Origin: Thermodesulfobacteriota bacterium
GTDB lineage: Bacteria; Desulfobacterota; Desulfarculia; JACQYL01
NCBI GenBank assembly: GCA_963675595.2
Contig: CAXXLZ010000002.1
Coordinates: 2,688,001-2,752,000 of the forward strand
DNA length: 64,000 bases
Reading direction: 5' to 3'
The position numbers and the translations under genes were made by a program. How positions within the stretch are numbered: position 1 is the stretch's first letter; each line of letters begins with the position of its first letter. The notes beneath the pieces are model-generated. The model was not told the origin of the DNA. It did not search any database and saw only the letters and a list, made by a program, of their open reading frames with translations. Positions 18,207 to 27,442 of the stretch are shown here, in pieces.

Positions 18207-20033
18207 TCACTGCGATCTGTGGTCGATATAGTAACAACTGCCTTGGAGACTCTTGGCCTTCTTTTTCACTTCGGAGGCCACGGAAACCAGGTGGCCGTAG
18301 GAAGAAAATTTTCGGGCGCTCGTTGAAACCACCCCGATGGACACGGACAACAAGGGGAAAGTCTGTAGGCAACCCTTGCGATCGTAACTTCGGTAGTACC
18401 CCAGCCTGGCCGCATCCTCTCCGTGAAACCTTTTGATGTCGTGATCGAACCTTTCTATGACCATTTCACAGAGGGACTCGATGCCCGACGTGCGACAAAC
18501 CGCGACGAAATCGTCCCCGCCCACATGCCCGACGAAACCACGAGGGTCCCACTGAGAGAGACTCTCTTTGAGCAGGGTTCCAAAGAACCGGATCACCCGG
18601 TCCCCCTCCTCGAAGCCGAAACTGTCGTTGAACGGCTTGAAGTTGTCCAAATCAAAATACACGACCGCGAAAACCTGATTGGTGTTCAACCGGTTAAGAA
18701 TCTCCTCCTTGATCAGGTTGTTACCGGGGAGTGCGGTGAGAGGGTTGGCTTCCATGGCGAGGTTGATCTTCTGTTCCGTGATTCTCTCCAGAATATGATA
18801 AATCTTGACGACTCCGAGATAAGCTCCGTTCCGAACCACGATAACATCATCGTATACCGAGTTTTCATCCCGGGCCAATACGCGCCTGGAGACGTCCTCA
18901 AGAGGTGTGCTGAACTCGAAAATCAAGGCGTTTTCCATGATGGACCGAGTGGGTTTTCTGAAAAACAGATCGTACCCGAATCGCTGACCGAGCTGATAGA
19001 AAAGTTTGGCTTTGTGGATCACTCCCACAGGAGCGCGTTGGTTGAGCACGGGCAGCGCCGAAAGATCCGGGTCCGTTTTAAAACGCTCCGCCACCTCCGC
19101 CACGTTGGTATCAGCCTCCACCGGGTCTATAAACTGGACCAGAGAACCCACCAGGTTGCCGCTGTTCCCACTCGAATCCTTGTACCGCTGGGAGAGCGCG
19201 GCCGGGAATGAATTCTTTTCCTCTCGGGTGTAGAGCTTTTCGGACGGACGAGCCAGATAGTAACCTTGCCCCAAATCCACCTTCATAGAGGATACGATTT
19301 CGAGTTCTTCCTTGGTTTCTATGCCCTCGGCCACCACCAGGGCATTGATCTTATGGCAGAAGCAAACCATGGCCTCGAGAAGCATCATCTTTTTGGTGGA
19401 TTGGTGAATGTTCGAAATGAGAAAACGATCAATCTTCACCATGGAGGGCTCGATCTGAGCCAGCATTTTGAGCCCCGCATAGCCTGATCCCAAATCGTCG
19501 ATGGCGATTTTGAATCCTTGACGCCGATAGTAGTCCACCGTCTTGGTGAACAGCTCATTGTTCCGAATGTAGAACCGCTCGGTCAGCTCCAGCACGACGC
19601 GGTCACGCACCTCGTAGAGCTCCCTCATGGGAAACACGATTTCTCCGGCGTCGTCGTCGGGGAAGCGAAGGATCGAAGGACAAATGTTGAGGGACAAGAT
19701 GGTATCCATCCCGAGCTCCGCAGCTCGGGTCAGCGCCTTGGAACTGCAAAGCAGTTCGAGCTCCGGAGTCAGCTTGAAACGCAGGGCGGCCTGAAAAAGC
19801 CCGTCGGGACCCGAGAAGGGGGATGGCCCTTTGATCCTGCTGAGAGCTTCATAACCATAGACCTCACCTGTTTGAAGGTGGAAAATGGGTTGGAATACGG
19901 TATTTATTCGGCCATTCCCGATGATGTCCCGAAGAGCCTCATATTCCTCCTGATCCGAATCGGAAAGCGGAATTGCGGACAAACCGGGTTGACCATAATA
20001 GGCGGCAGGAATCATGCGAATGGAGGAGGTCAT
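18207..20033 (-). CDS. EAL-CBS-GGDEF c-di-GMP enzyme (RapA-like architecture)
   Basis: YEALSR, DDLGSG, KIDR, AEGIE, QGYY; CBS pair; DLDNFKPFND and GGDDF. Confidence 0.92.
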   Translation of the reverse strand: MTSSIRMIPAAYYGQPGLSAIPLSDSDQEEYEALRDIIGNGRINTVFQPIFHLQTGEVYGYEALSRIKGPSPFSGPDGLFQAALRFKLTPELELLCSSKALTRAAELGMDTILSLNICPSILRFPDDDAGEIVFPMRELYEVRDRVVLELTERFYIRNNELFTKTVDYYRRQGFKIAIDDLGSGYAGLKMLAQIEPSMVKIDRFLISNIHQSTKKMMLLEAMVCFCHKINALVVAEGIETKEELEIVSSMKVDLGQGYYLARPSEKLYTREEKNSFPAALSQRYKDSSGNSGNLVGSLVQFIDPVEADTNVAEVAERFKTDPDLSALPVLNQRAPVGVIHKAKLFYQLGQRFGYDLFFRKPTRSIMENALIFEFSTPLEDVSRRVLARDENSVYDDVIVVRNGAYLGVVKIYHILERITEQKINLAMEANPLTALPGNNLIKEEILNRLNTNQVFAVVYFDLDNFKPFNDSFGFEEGDRVIRFFGTLLKESLSQWDPRGFVGHVGGDDFVAVCRTSGIESLCEMVIERFDHDIKRFHGEDAARLGYYRSYDRKGCLQTFPLLSVSIGVVSTSARKFSSYGHLVSVASEVKKKAKSLQGSCYYIDHRSQ

Positions 20034-20138
20034 GTAACAACGCCTTTTCCTGAGATTATCCAACTTCGAATAAAAAGACCTCAGATCAGTATTATCCGAA
20101 GCCGAACAAACTCAGTAACAGAAGGATATCAATGTTGT

Positions 20139-20154
20139 GTTACGACCCTGTGAA
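20139..20154 (-). promoter_or_regulatory. Putative Pho box upstream of the EAL-CBS-GGDEF gene
   Basis: Minus strand TTCAC-n6-GTAAC, 11-bp period. Confidence 0.5.
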
Positions 20155-20160
20155 TTCTTT

Positions 20161-20205
20161 GAACCGCGTATGCCGATCGAATCGCGTATGCCGATTGAAT
20201 CGCGT
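20161..20205. repeat. 18-bp tandem repeat, 2.5 copies
   Basis: GAACCGCGTATGCCGATC / GAATCGCGTATGCCGATT / GAATCGCGT. Confidence 0.8.
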
Positions 20206-20375
20206 TCCTTCTTGAAGCAAATCCCGCAGCCCTGTATCATTAGTCGAGCAGTATCCGTGGAGAACCACCAGCAGAAAAGCGTGACACCTTCGCGGATGTA
20301 AGACGGCTCGGGCGGGTCAACGGCAAACATCGTTGACCGACCGACCGGTTCCTTTCGCAACGGGGAGAAGCTTCA

Positions 20376-20864
20376 GTGACGAAAAAACGTTGGACGGCGA
20401 ATGCACGGCTCTTTTTGGGCGCGATCACCCTGGCTCTCATGATTTCCACCACGCCTCTTTTCGCTCAATCGGGCGCTTCCGATCAGGCTCCGATGAAACC
20501 GGAACATCCGGTTCACATTTCCAGCGTCTCCCTCCAAGAAGGATACGGCAGCGATACCGTACTTCTGGTCATTTTGATGGATTCGGTCATCGAACCCAAA
20601 ATCTTCTACCTCGAAGACCCTCCCAGAGTAGTCGTGGACGTGGCCTCCGCGTATTCGCCCGATCTGCCGAGGCAAATCGTTCCCGAAAACCAAGACGTAA
20701 TCCGCGCGGTCAGAATCGGCGTGCACAAAGACAAACTTCTGACCAGATTCGTACTTGACCTGGAAACGACCCGCACCTACGAAGCTTCTTCTTTTGTATA
20801 TAGTCCCGATAGAAACGGAAGCACCGCAAAGCTGGTGGTCAAGGTAACGAGACTACCCGATTGA
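20376..20864 (+). CDS. Secreted AMIN-domain protein
   Basis: Signal peptide; FYLEDPPRVVVDV and IRAVRIG...TRFVLDL. Confidence 0.8.
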   Translation: MTKKRWTANARLFLGAITLALMISTTPLFAQSGASDQAPMKPEHPVHISSVSLQEGYGSDTVLLVILMDSVIEPKIFYLEDPPRVVVDVASAYSPDLPRQIVPENQDVIRAVRIGVHKDKLLTRFVLDLETTRTYEASSFVYSPDRNGSTAKLVVKVTRLPD

Positions 20865-20902
20865 GGCCCGTCAATTTCCGCGGATATGAGGGTGGAAAAA
20901 AA

Positions 20903-20946
20903 CGGCCCGAGCTTCCCGCCGAAAAAGGCGGGGCAAGCCGGGCCGA
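20903..20946. terminator. GC-rich hairpin between the convergent AMIN gene and serC
   Basis: CGGCCCG..CCCGCC-gaaaaa-GGCGGG..CGGGCCG preceded by an A-run (U-tail for serC). Confidence 0.6.
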
Positions 20947-20970
20947 ATGAGGACTTTCCGGTAGGGCGAA

Positions 20971-22056
20971 TCACCCGTTGGTTCGGGCGAACTCCTTCAT
21001 GAACTGCACCAGAGACTCCACCGCGTCCATACGGGTGGCATTATAGATGGAGGCTCGGCATCCGCCCACGCTCCGATGGCCCTTGAGACCGCCAAGGCCG
21101 TTCTCCAGGGCGTCGGCCACGAATTTCTTCTCCAAGTCTTCGGAAGGCAGTCTGAAGGTCACGTTCATGAGAGAACGAGAGCCTTTGTCCGCCGTACCCC
21201 GATAATAGTCGGATTCATCGATTGTGGCGTAAAGCAGTTCGGCTTTCCTCCGGTTCAATGCATCGACACCCTCAAGTCCGCCGACGGTTTCTTCGAGCCA
21301 TTTGGCTACGAGCTGGACGGCGTAGATGGCGAAACAAGGGGGTGTATTGTACATGGAATCCTTTTCCACGTAAGTCGAGTACTTGAGCATGGAAGGAAGA
21401 GACTCCGGCGTACGGGCCGTCATATCGTCGCGAATGATCACCAGCGTCACTCCGGCGGGGCCGAGGTTCTTCTGGGCACCGGCGTAAATCAAACCAAAGG
21501 GGGTCGGGTCGAAAGGACGGCTGAGAATGTCGGAAGACATGTCGGCCACCAGAGGCACACTCCCCGTATCCGGGAATCGATGCCACTGCGTGCCCTTGAT
21601 CGTGTTGTTGCTGGTGATGTGGCAATAGGCCGCTTGGGGATCCAATTTCAGTTCCTCGGGAATGTACGCGTAGTCCCGATCACCGCTGCCTGCCGCGACA
21701 TTGACGTTCTTGCCGAGGTTCTTGGCTTCCTTCAGCGCCTTGGTGGACCACGTGCCCGTGTCGACATAGTCCACTGCGGTATTCTCGGCGGCGAGATTCA
21801 TGGGTACCATGCAGAACTGCATACTGGCGCCGCCCTGGACGAAAATGATTTTGAAGTTGTCCGGTAATTTCAGGAGACGGGTGATCCTGGCTTTCGCATC
21901 CTGAACCACATCATCGAAAACCTTGGATCGATGGCTGATTTCGACGATGGACATACCCGTGCCTTTGAAGTCCAAGAATTCGGAACGGATTTCCTCCAAG
22001 ACGGGCAAAGGCAATGCCGCGGGGCCGGCGTTGAAATTAGAAATTCGGTGAACCAT
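20971..22056 (-). CDS. serC: Phosphoserine aminotransferase
   Basis: NFNAGPAALP, EISHRS, ADMSSD, YAGAQKNLGP, KGHRSVGGCRASIYNA; RBS GGAGG. Confidence 0.96.
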   Translation of the reverse strand: MVHRISNFNAGPAALPLPVLEEIRSEFLDFKGTGMSIVEISHRSKVFDDVVQDAKARITRLLKLPDNFKIIFVQGGASMQFCMVPMNLAAENTAVDYVDTGTWSTKALKEAKNLGKNVNVAAGSGDRDYAYIPEELKLDPQAAYCHITSNNTIKGTQWHRFPDTGSVPLVADMSSDILSRPFDPTPFGLIYAGAQKNLGPAGVTLVIIRDDMTARTPESLPSMLKYSTYVEKDSMYNTPPCFAIYAVQLVAKWLEETVGGLEGVDALNRRKAELLYATIDESDYYRGTADKGSRSLMNVTFRLPSEDLEKKFVADALENGLGGLKGHRSVGGCRASIYNATRMDAVESLVQFMKEFARTNG

Positions 22057-22276
22057 GGGAAACCTCCAAACCAATTCGGTATAATGAAAATAGAAACGCC
22101 GTGCCGTGCGCGCGTTTGGGAACCTTCAACGAAATGTTCCTTCCGCGTACGGCAAGGCAGGAAAAAGCTGAGCCCGGGTTTCTCCCGGGAAAGATTCATT
22201 GGAGAGCCCGGCCGGGGCCTGAAGTGTCCGGCACGCTTCACCCCGACGAAATCATGAAAATTTAAAATGAGGGATG

Positions 22277-22305
22277 AATGTAGGGGGAACGGATTGGGTT
22301 GTCAA
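22277..22305 (-). promoter_or_regulatory. Sigma70 promoter for serC
   Basis: Minus strand TTGACA-17 nt-TACATT. Confidence 0.6.
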
Positions 22306-22362
22306 CTCCAAAAAGGCTGAGAGAGGCTGCTCCACCGTAAACGGACTCAAAGACTATTGGAC

Positions 22363-22391
22363 TTGACACCCAAACGCACGGCTGGTTTTAT
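22363..22391 (+). promoter_or_regulatory. Divergent sigma70 promoter for the redoxin fusion gene
   Basis: TTGACA-17 nt-TTTTAT with an extended -10 TG. Confidence 0.5.
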
Positions 22392-22552
22392 TACTAGACA
22401 TAACTCTTTTCATATAGGTGCCCGTCCCTAAAGGAGCGAACACCTCCCACTATACGTGGAAGAGAAGCCCCCGGAGTCGGGCCCGGTCCGTTTGTCGTTT
22501 TCAAAACGGCAACGACGCCGCCGTTCACCAAGCCTTTGAAGTGGTAAGCCAC

Positions 22553-23665
22553 ATGAGAAAATCAGTCAGCATCCTTTCTATTCTTCTGATTGCGGCTCTT
22601 CTATCGACCGTCGGCGCCGCGGCGTCCTCAGACGACCCGGCCGACGCGGGGCGCGCCTTTCCCAAGATGGTTTTCCAGACACCGCAAGCCCCCGAAGACC
22701 GGGCGTACTTGGGACTCCCCGATCGTGATCGGTTCAGCATAGGTGAAGTGAAAGCGGGCTTGGTGGTGATCGAGATACTGAACGTATACTGCATCAGTTG
22801 CCAAAAGCAGGTGCCTTTGTACAACAAGCTCTTCGAGTTCATCCAAGATAATGCGGACATGAAGGACAGCATCAAAATCATGGCCGTGGCTGCGGGAAAC
22901 GACGCCTCGGAAATTCAAGAGTTCCGGCAATCCCTCGGGGTAAAATTCCCGGTGATCCCCGACCCGGATTTCACGACCTATGAGCTGCTGAATGTGGGCG
23001 AAACGCCCTATTCCCTTTTCGTCCATCCGGACCCTTTCACCGGAATGGGCACCATTGCCGGCACACATAAAGGCGCCATCTTCGGGCTGAAGAGCTTTGT
23101 GGTTAATCTCAAGAAAATGGCCGAGGCCGAAGGCCCCGTTGAAAAGAGTTCCACCGAGTCCCAAAAGGGCTCCTTCCTCACTTTCGAATCCGTGATCTCG
23201 AAGACGGAGCTCGAAAAAAAGCTCCGAACGATCTTCGAGAAGTTGGGAGACGTGACGGCGATCCGGGAGTATAAGAAGGAAACCCGGTTTCCCGTGTACT
23301 CCGCGGAGCTGAGCACGGGAGGGAAGACGCATGAATATTACGCAGTGGTGGTTTCCAGGCCCGTGCCGTGCGACTTGTGCCACGACGTGCATTTCGTCTA
23401 CGTGTTTGATGCGGACGGTATCGTCGTTGCGTTGGAACCGCTACAGCTGCGCAAGTACGGCAATGAACCGTTTTCCGAAGAGGACACGGCCAAACTGCGT
23501 TCCAGGATCGTGGGCCGACCCCTGGCGGACCTGACCAAATTCCATCCCGAGGTCGACGCCGTATCTTCAGCCACGATCACTTGTTCCGTGCTCTTCAACA
23601 GTCTGGCCAAAGGCGACGCGCTGTTTCACGCCATCAAGGACAGCGGCGGGTTCCAAGCCCCCTGA
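22553..23665 (+). CDS. Exported TlpA/redoxin-like protein fused to a CxxCH and FMN-binding-like C-terminal domain
   Basis: Signal peptide; NVYCISCQKQ and ETPY (thioredoxin fold); PCDLCHDVH; DAVSSAT. Confidence 0.8.
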   Translation: MRKSVSILSILLIAALLSTVGAAASSDDPADAGRAFPKMVFQTPQAPEDRAYLGLPDRDRFSIGEVKAGLVVIEILNVYCISCQKQVPLYNKLFEFIQDNADMKDSIKIMAVAAGNDASEIQEFRQSLGVKFPVIPDPDFTTYELLNVGETPYSLFVHPDPFTGMGTIAGTHKGAIFGLKSFVVNLKKMAEAEGPVEKSSTESQKGSFLTFESVISKTELEKKLRTIFEKLGDVTAIREYKKETRFPVYSAELSTGGKTHEYYAVVVSRPVPCDLCHDVHFVYVFDADGIVVALEPLQLRKYGNEPFSEEDTAKLRSRIVGRPLADLTKFHPEVDAVSSATITCSVLFNSLAKGDALFHAIKDSGGFQAP

Positions 23666-23732
23666 AGCACCCTTTTTCTTAAAAAACCACATAGACATCC
23701 CCACCAACCGTCGCGGGAAAACCTTTCCGTCC

Positions 23733-23770
23733 GTCATTTTTTTGTCACATTTGTGTGATAAGTTTGTAAC
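23733..23770 (+). promoter_or_regulatory. Pho box array upstream of pstS
   Basis: GTCAT, GTCAC, GTGAT, GTAAC at exact 11-bp spacing (23733, 23744, 23755, 23766). Confidence 0.8.
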
Positions 23771-23854
23771 CCTATGAGCATATCTTCGCCTTGTTCTCAG
23801 CGCTCCCAAATTAGAAGTTCAATTCAATGGAAAAACGACAAGGAGGAAAGAGTT

Positions 23855-24673
23855 ATGAGAAGTAAATGGTTGGCGGCGTTGATCTGCTTGGCGGGTTTGC
23901 TTGCCTTTACCGGCCTGGCGATCGCGGGGGAGAATTTGGTGGTGAAGGGTTCCACCACGGTTCTGCCCATCGGCCAGAAAGCCGCTGAAGTGTTCATGAA
24001 AGCCCATCCGGACGTTAACATCAGTGTATCCGGCGGCGGCAGCGGAAACGGCATCAAGGCCATCCTCGACGGCAGCTGCGACATCGCCATGGCGTCCCGA
24101 TTCGTAAAGGCTAAAGAAGTGGCGCTGGCCGCGGAAAAGAAGATTCATCTGGTCCCCCATCGCGTGGCCGTGGACTGCATCGTTCCCGTGGTTCATCCCG
24201 GCAACCCCCTCAAAGACATCACTCTTGAGATGCTCAAGAACATCTACACCGGCAAAGTAACCAATTGGAAGTCCGTCGGCGGCAATGACAAGCCCATCGT
24301 GGTGATCAGCCGCGACACGAGCTCCGGTACCTATGAAGTGTGGCACGAGAAGGTTCTCGAAAAAGAACGCGTCATGCCGGGTGCTCTGCTTCAGGCTTCC
24401 AACGGCGCCGTTGCCCAGGCCGTGGCCAAGAATCCCTACGCCATCGGCTACGTGGGTATCGGCTATGTCAACAAAGACCTCAAGGGCCTCGAAGTGAACG
24501 GCATCACGGCGTCCGCGGCTTCCGCCATGAACGGCTCCTACCCGATCTCTCGAGCTCTCTTCATGTTCACCAACGGCTGGCCCGAAGGCGTGACCATGTC
24601 CTACCTCAACTTCATTCTGAGCCCCGACGGCCAGAAAATGGTTGAAGAAGAGGGATTTGTTCCTCTGTACTAA
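23855..24673 (+). CDS. pstS: Phosphate ABC transporter substrate-binding protein
   Basis: Signal peptide; KGSTTVLP, GGGSGNG, SRDTSSGT, YPISRALF. Confidence 0.95.
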   Translation: MRSKWLAALICLAGLLAFTGLAIAGENLVVKGSTTVLPIGQKAAEVFMKAHPDVNISVSGGGSGNGIKAILDGSCDIAMASRFVKAKEVALAAEKKIHLVPHRVAVDCIVPVVHPGNPLKDITLEMLKNIYTGKVTNWKSVGGNDKPIVVISRDTSSGTYEVWHEKVLEKERVMPGALLQASNGAVAQAVAKNPYAIGYVGIGYVNKDLKGLEVNGITASAASAMNGSYPISRALFMFTNGWPEGVTMSYLNFILSPDGQKMVEEEGFVPLY

Positions 24674-24693
24674 TCTGCGCGCATAAAAGGAGC

Positions 24694-24714
24694 GAGGCCG
24701 CTCAAGGCGGCCTC
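24694..24714 (+). terminator. Stem-loop after pstS (terminator or mRNA stabiliser)
   Basis: GAGGCCGC-tcaag-GCGGCCTC followed by a C/T run. Confidence 0.55.
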
Positions 24715-24744
24715 CCCCCCCTTTTCACGCTTCATGGAAGTGGA

Positions 24745-25761
24745 ATGAAAAACGGCATATCGGCCCAAAAGACCACCGCGAAACCGATGGAGTTCTCTCC
24801 AGGCACGGCTGAAACCCGAAGTTCAAAGAAGGATTCGGCTGCACGCCGTTCCGATACCTCCCTGGACCAGGGCGGGAGTAGACGGCGGAAAGAGAAAATC
24901 ATCCGGAGCGTTTTTTTCATCACCGCCCTGGCGTCCATCACCACCCTGGGCCTTATCATGCTGTTTCTCTTCAAGGAAGGGATTCCCATCTTCAAGGTGG
25001 TCGGCGTCGGAGATTTCCTCTTCGGCCGCGAATGGTATCCCACCGACGATCCCGCCGCCTTCGGAATCTATCCCTTGATCATCGCATCACTGGCCGTCAT
25101 CGGGGTAGCGTGTATCGGAGCCATCCCGTTGGGCGTTATGACCGCCATTTTCATCGCGGAGATTGCCGGCAGGCGCACCAAAGAAATTTTGAAACCGGTC
25201 GTCGAGCTTCTGGCTTCCCTGCCCTCGGTGGTCATCGGTTTCATCGGCATGGTCATTGTGGCGCCCGCACTCCAACAACTCTTCGACATCCCCACGGGCC
25301 TCAACTTGTTCAACGCTGCATTGATGCTGTGCACCATGAGTGTTCCCACCATATGCAGTATATCGGAAGACGCCATCTATTCCGTACCCAGAGAATTGAG
25401 GGAGGCGTCTCTTGCCTTGGGCGCCACCCAGTGGGAAACTATTTATCGGGTCGTTATTCCCGCGTCTTTGTCCGGTATCGCCACCTCCATCATCCTCGGA
25501 ATCTCAAGAGCCGTCGGTGAAACCATGGTGGTGCTCATGGTGGCCGGGGGGGCGGCCATGATCCCCACGAGCATTTTCGACCCCGTACGCCCCATGCCGG
25601 CGAGTATTGCTGCGGAAATGGGAGAAGCTCCGTTTCAGAGCGAACACTATCACGCGCTTTTCGCCACTGGGATCATCCTTTTCCTAATGACTTTTGCGTT
25701 CAACATCATCGCCGACCAGATTTCCCACCGATATAAACAAGTCGGGTCCGCTACATTGTGA
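24745..25761 (+). CDS. pstC: Phosphate ABC transporter permease PstC
   Basis: ELLASLPSVV, EASLALGAT, RAVGETM. Confidence 0.95.
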   Translation: MKNGISAQKTTAKPMEFSPGTAETRSSKKDSAARRSDTSLDQGGSRRRKEKIIRSVFFITALASITTLGLIMLFLFKEGIPIFKVVGVGDFLFGREWYPTDDPAAFGIYPLIIASLAVIGVACIGAIPLGVMTAIFIAEIAGRRTKEILKPVVELLASLPSVVIGFIGMVIVAPALQQLFDIPTGLNLFNAALMLCTMSVPTICSISEDAIYSVPRELREASLALGATQWETIYRVVIPASLSGIATSIILGISRAVGETMVVLMVAGGAAMIPTSIFDPVRPMPASIAAEMGEAPFQSEHYHALFATGIILFLMTFAFNIIADQISHRYKQVGSATL

Positions 25762-25771
25762 GTTGTAAGCC

Positions 25772-26635
25772 ATGTCCGAGCTGCGAGCGAGATATATAAA
25801 ACAGAAGATCGCCTTCGGCGTGATCAAGAGCGCGGCGACTCTGATCTGTCTGGCCTTGTTTTCCATGATAGGGTTCATCATTTATGAAGGGTGGACCGCC
25901 ATCAGTTGGACATTTCTCACGGAAGTCCCGCTGGACGCCATGACCCGGGGAGGAATCTATCCCGCCATCATAGGGACCCTATACCTGACCGTGGGCGCCG
26001 TCCTCATCGCACTCCCCGTTGGAGTGGCCTCGGCCGTCTATCTGAACGAATATTCCGGCGGAGGTAAAGTGGTTCGGATCATCCGTTTGGGAATCAACAA
26101 TCTGGCCGGTGTCCCTTCCGTGGTTTTCGGCTTGTTCGGACTGGGCCTTTTCGTGGTCTTCCTCGGTTTCGGATCGTGCATTCTTGCCGGCTCCCTAACC
26201 TTGGGATTTCTGATTCTGCCCGTGATCATCGGCACCTCCGAAGAAGCGTTAAAAAGCGTCCCCGAAACCTACCGTGAGGCTTCCCTGGCTCTCGGTGCCA
26301 CCAAGTGGCAAACCATACGCAAGGTGGTCCTTCCCGCCGCATTCCCCGGCATTCTCACCGGCTCCATCCTCGGCATCGGCAGAGCCGCCGGAGAGACGGC
26401 TCCCATCATGTTCACCGCCGCCACCTTCTACACGGCACGTCTTCCCGAATCCATTTTCGATGAGGTCATGGCGTTGCCTTACCACATTTACGTATTGGCC
26501 ACCGCGGGCACTCACATCGAAAAGACCCGGCCGCTCCAGTACGGTACGGCGCTGGTTCTCATCGCACTGGTGTTGGGCGTGAGTTTCATCGCGATTCTGC
26601 TTCGCTCTCGACTGCGCAGACAAAGAAACCTGTAG
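25772..26635 (+). CDS. pstA: Phosphate ABC transporter permease PstA
   Basis: GGIYPAIIGT, NLAGVPSVVFG, RAAGETAP. Confidence 0.95.
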   Translation: MSELRARYIKQKIAFGVIKSAATLICLALFSMIGFIIYEGWTAISWTFLTEVPLDAMTRGGIYPAIIGTLYLTVGAVLIALPVGVASAVYLNEYSGGGKVVRIIRLGINNLAGVPSVVFGLFGLGLFVVFLGFGSCILAGSLTLGFLILPVIIGTSEEALKSVPETYREASLALGATKWQTIRKVVLPAAFPGILTGSILGIGRAAGETAPIMFTAATFYTARLPESIFDEVMALPYHIYVLATAGTHIEKTRPLQYGTALVLIALVLGVSFIAILLRSRLRRQRNL

Positions 26636-26747
26636 GTGGTCGTAACTCCTTTGAAGCTCTAATCGATGTTGCAGGAAGGAAGTCGAAATGTCTTTCGCGG
26701 ATTTCGGGGAGGAACTTCATCTCCGACCAACACTTGAGGGTAGACCT

Positions 26748-27431
26748 TTGGAACCAAGGCGAATATTGATAGTTGAGGACGAAGAAGACATCGCATCGTT
26801 GCTTGAATACCATTTCCAGAAGGCCGGATTTCGAACGGAAAAATCGGGAGACGGTGAATCGGCCATCAACGCCGTGACGAAACGACGGCCGGACCTTTTG
26901 GTGCTGGACCTCATGCTGCCCGGGATGGATGGACTCGAAGTCTGCAAAATGATACGAAAAGAAAAGGACACTCAGAATCTTCCCATCATCATGTTGACGG
27001 CCAAGGGAGATGAAGTCGACCGAATTGTCGGGCTCGAACTGGGTGCGGACGATTATGTGGTGAAGCCCTTCAGCCCCAGAGAGTTGATTCTGCGTGCCCG
27101 TGCGGTTCTCAAGCGTTCATCGGGCAAAGAAGACGAAACGGACCAAATCGACCTGGGCGCCGTCAAGATAGATATCGGATCTCACAAAGTGTGGGTCAAC
27201 TCAACCGACGTGTCTTTGACTTCCACTGAGTTCAACCTCTTGCTGACCCTTGTGAAACACCGGGGCAAGGTTCTCACCAGGGATCGGCTCCTGGATCTCG
27301 TTTGGGACTACCATTACGACGGATACGCCAGAACCGTGGATACCCATATCCGCAGGCTCCGTCAGAAAATGGGAGACGAGGGCTCCGCCATTGAAACGGT
27401 TTGGGGCGTCGGGTATCGTTACAAGGAATAA
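26748..27431 (+). CDS. phoB: OmpR-family response regulator PhoB
   Basis: ILIVEDE, LDLMLP, GADDYVVKPFS, RTVDTHIRRLR; lies inside the pst operon. Confidence 0.88.
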   Translation: MEPRRILIVEDEEDIASLLEYHFQKAGFRTEKSGDGESAINAVTKRRPDLLVLDLMLPGMDGLEVCKMIRKEKDTQNLPIIMLTAKGDEVDRIVGLELGADDYVVKPFSPRELILRARAVLKRSSGKEDETDQIDLGAVKIDIGSHKVWVNSTDVSLTSTEFNLLLTLVKHRGKVLTRDRLLDLVWDYHYDGYARTVDTHIRRLRQKMGDEGSAIETVWGVGYRYKE

Positions 27432-27442
27432 CGGGGTCCCCC

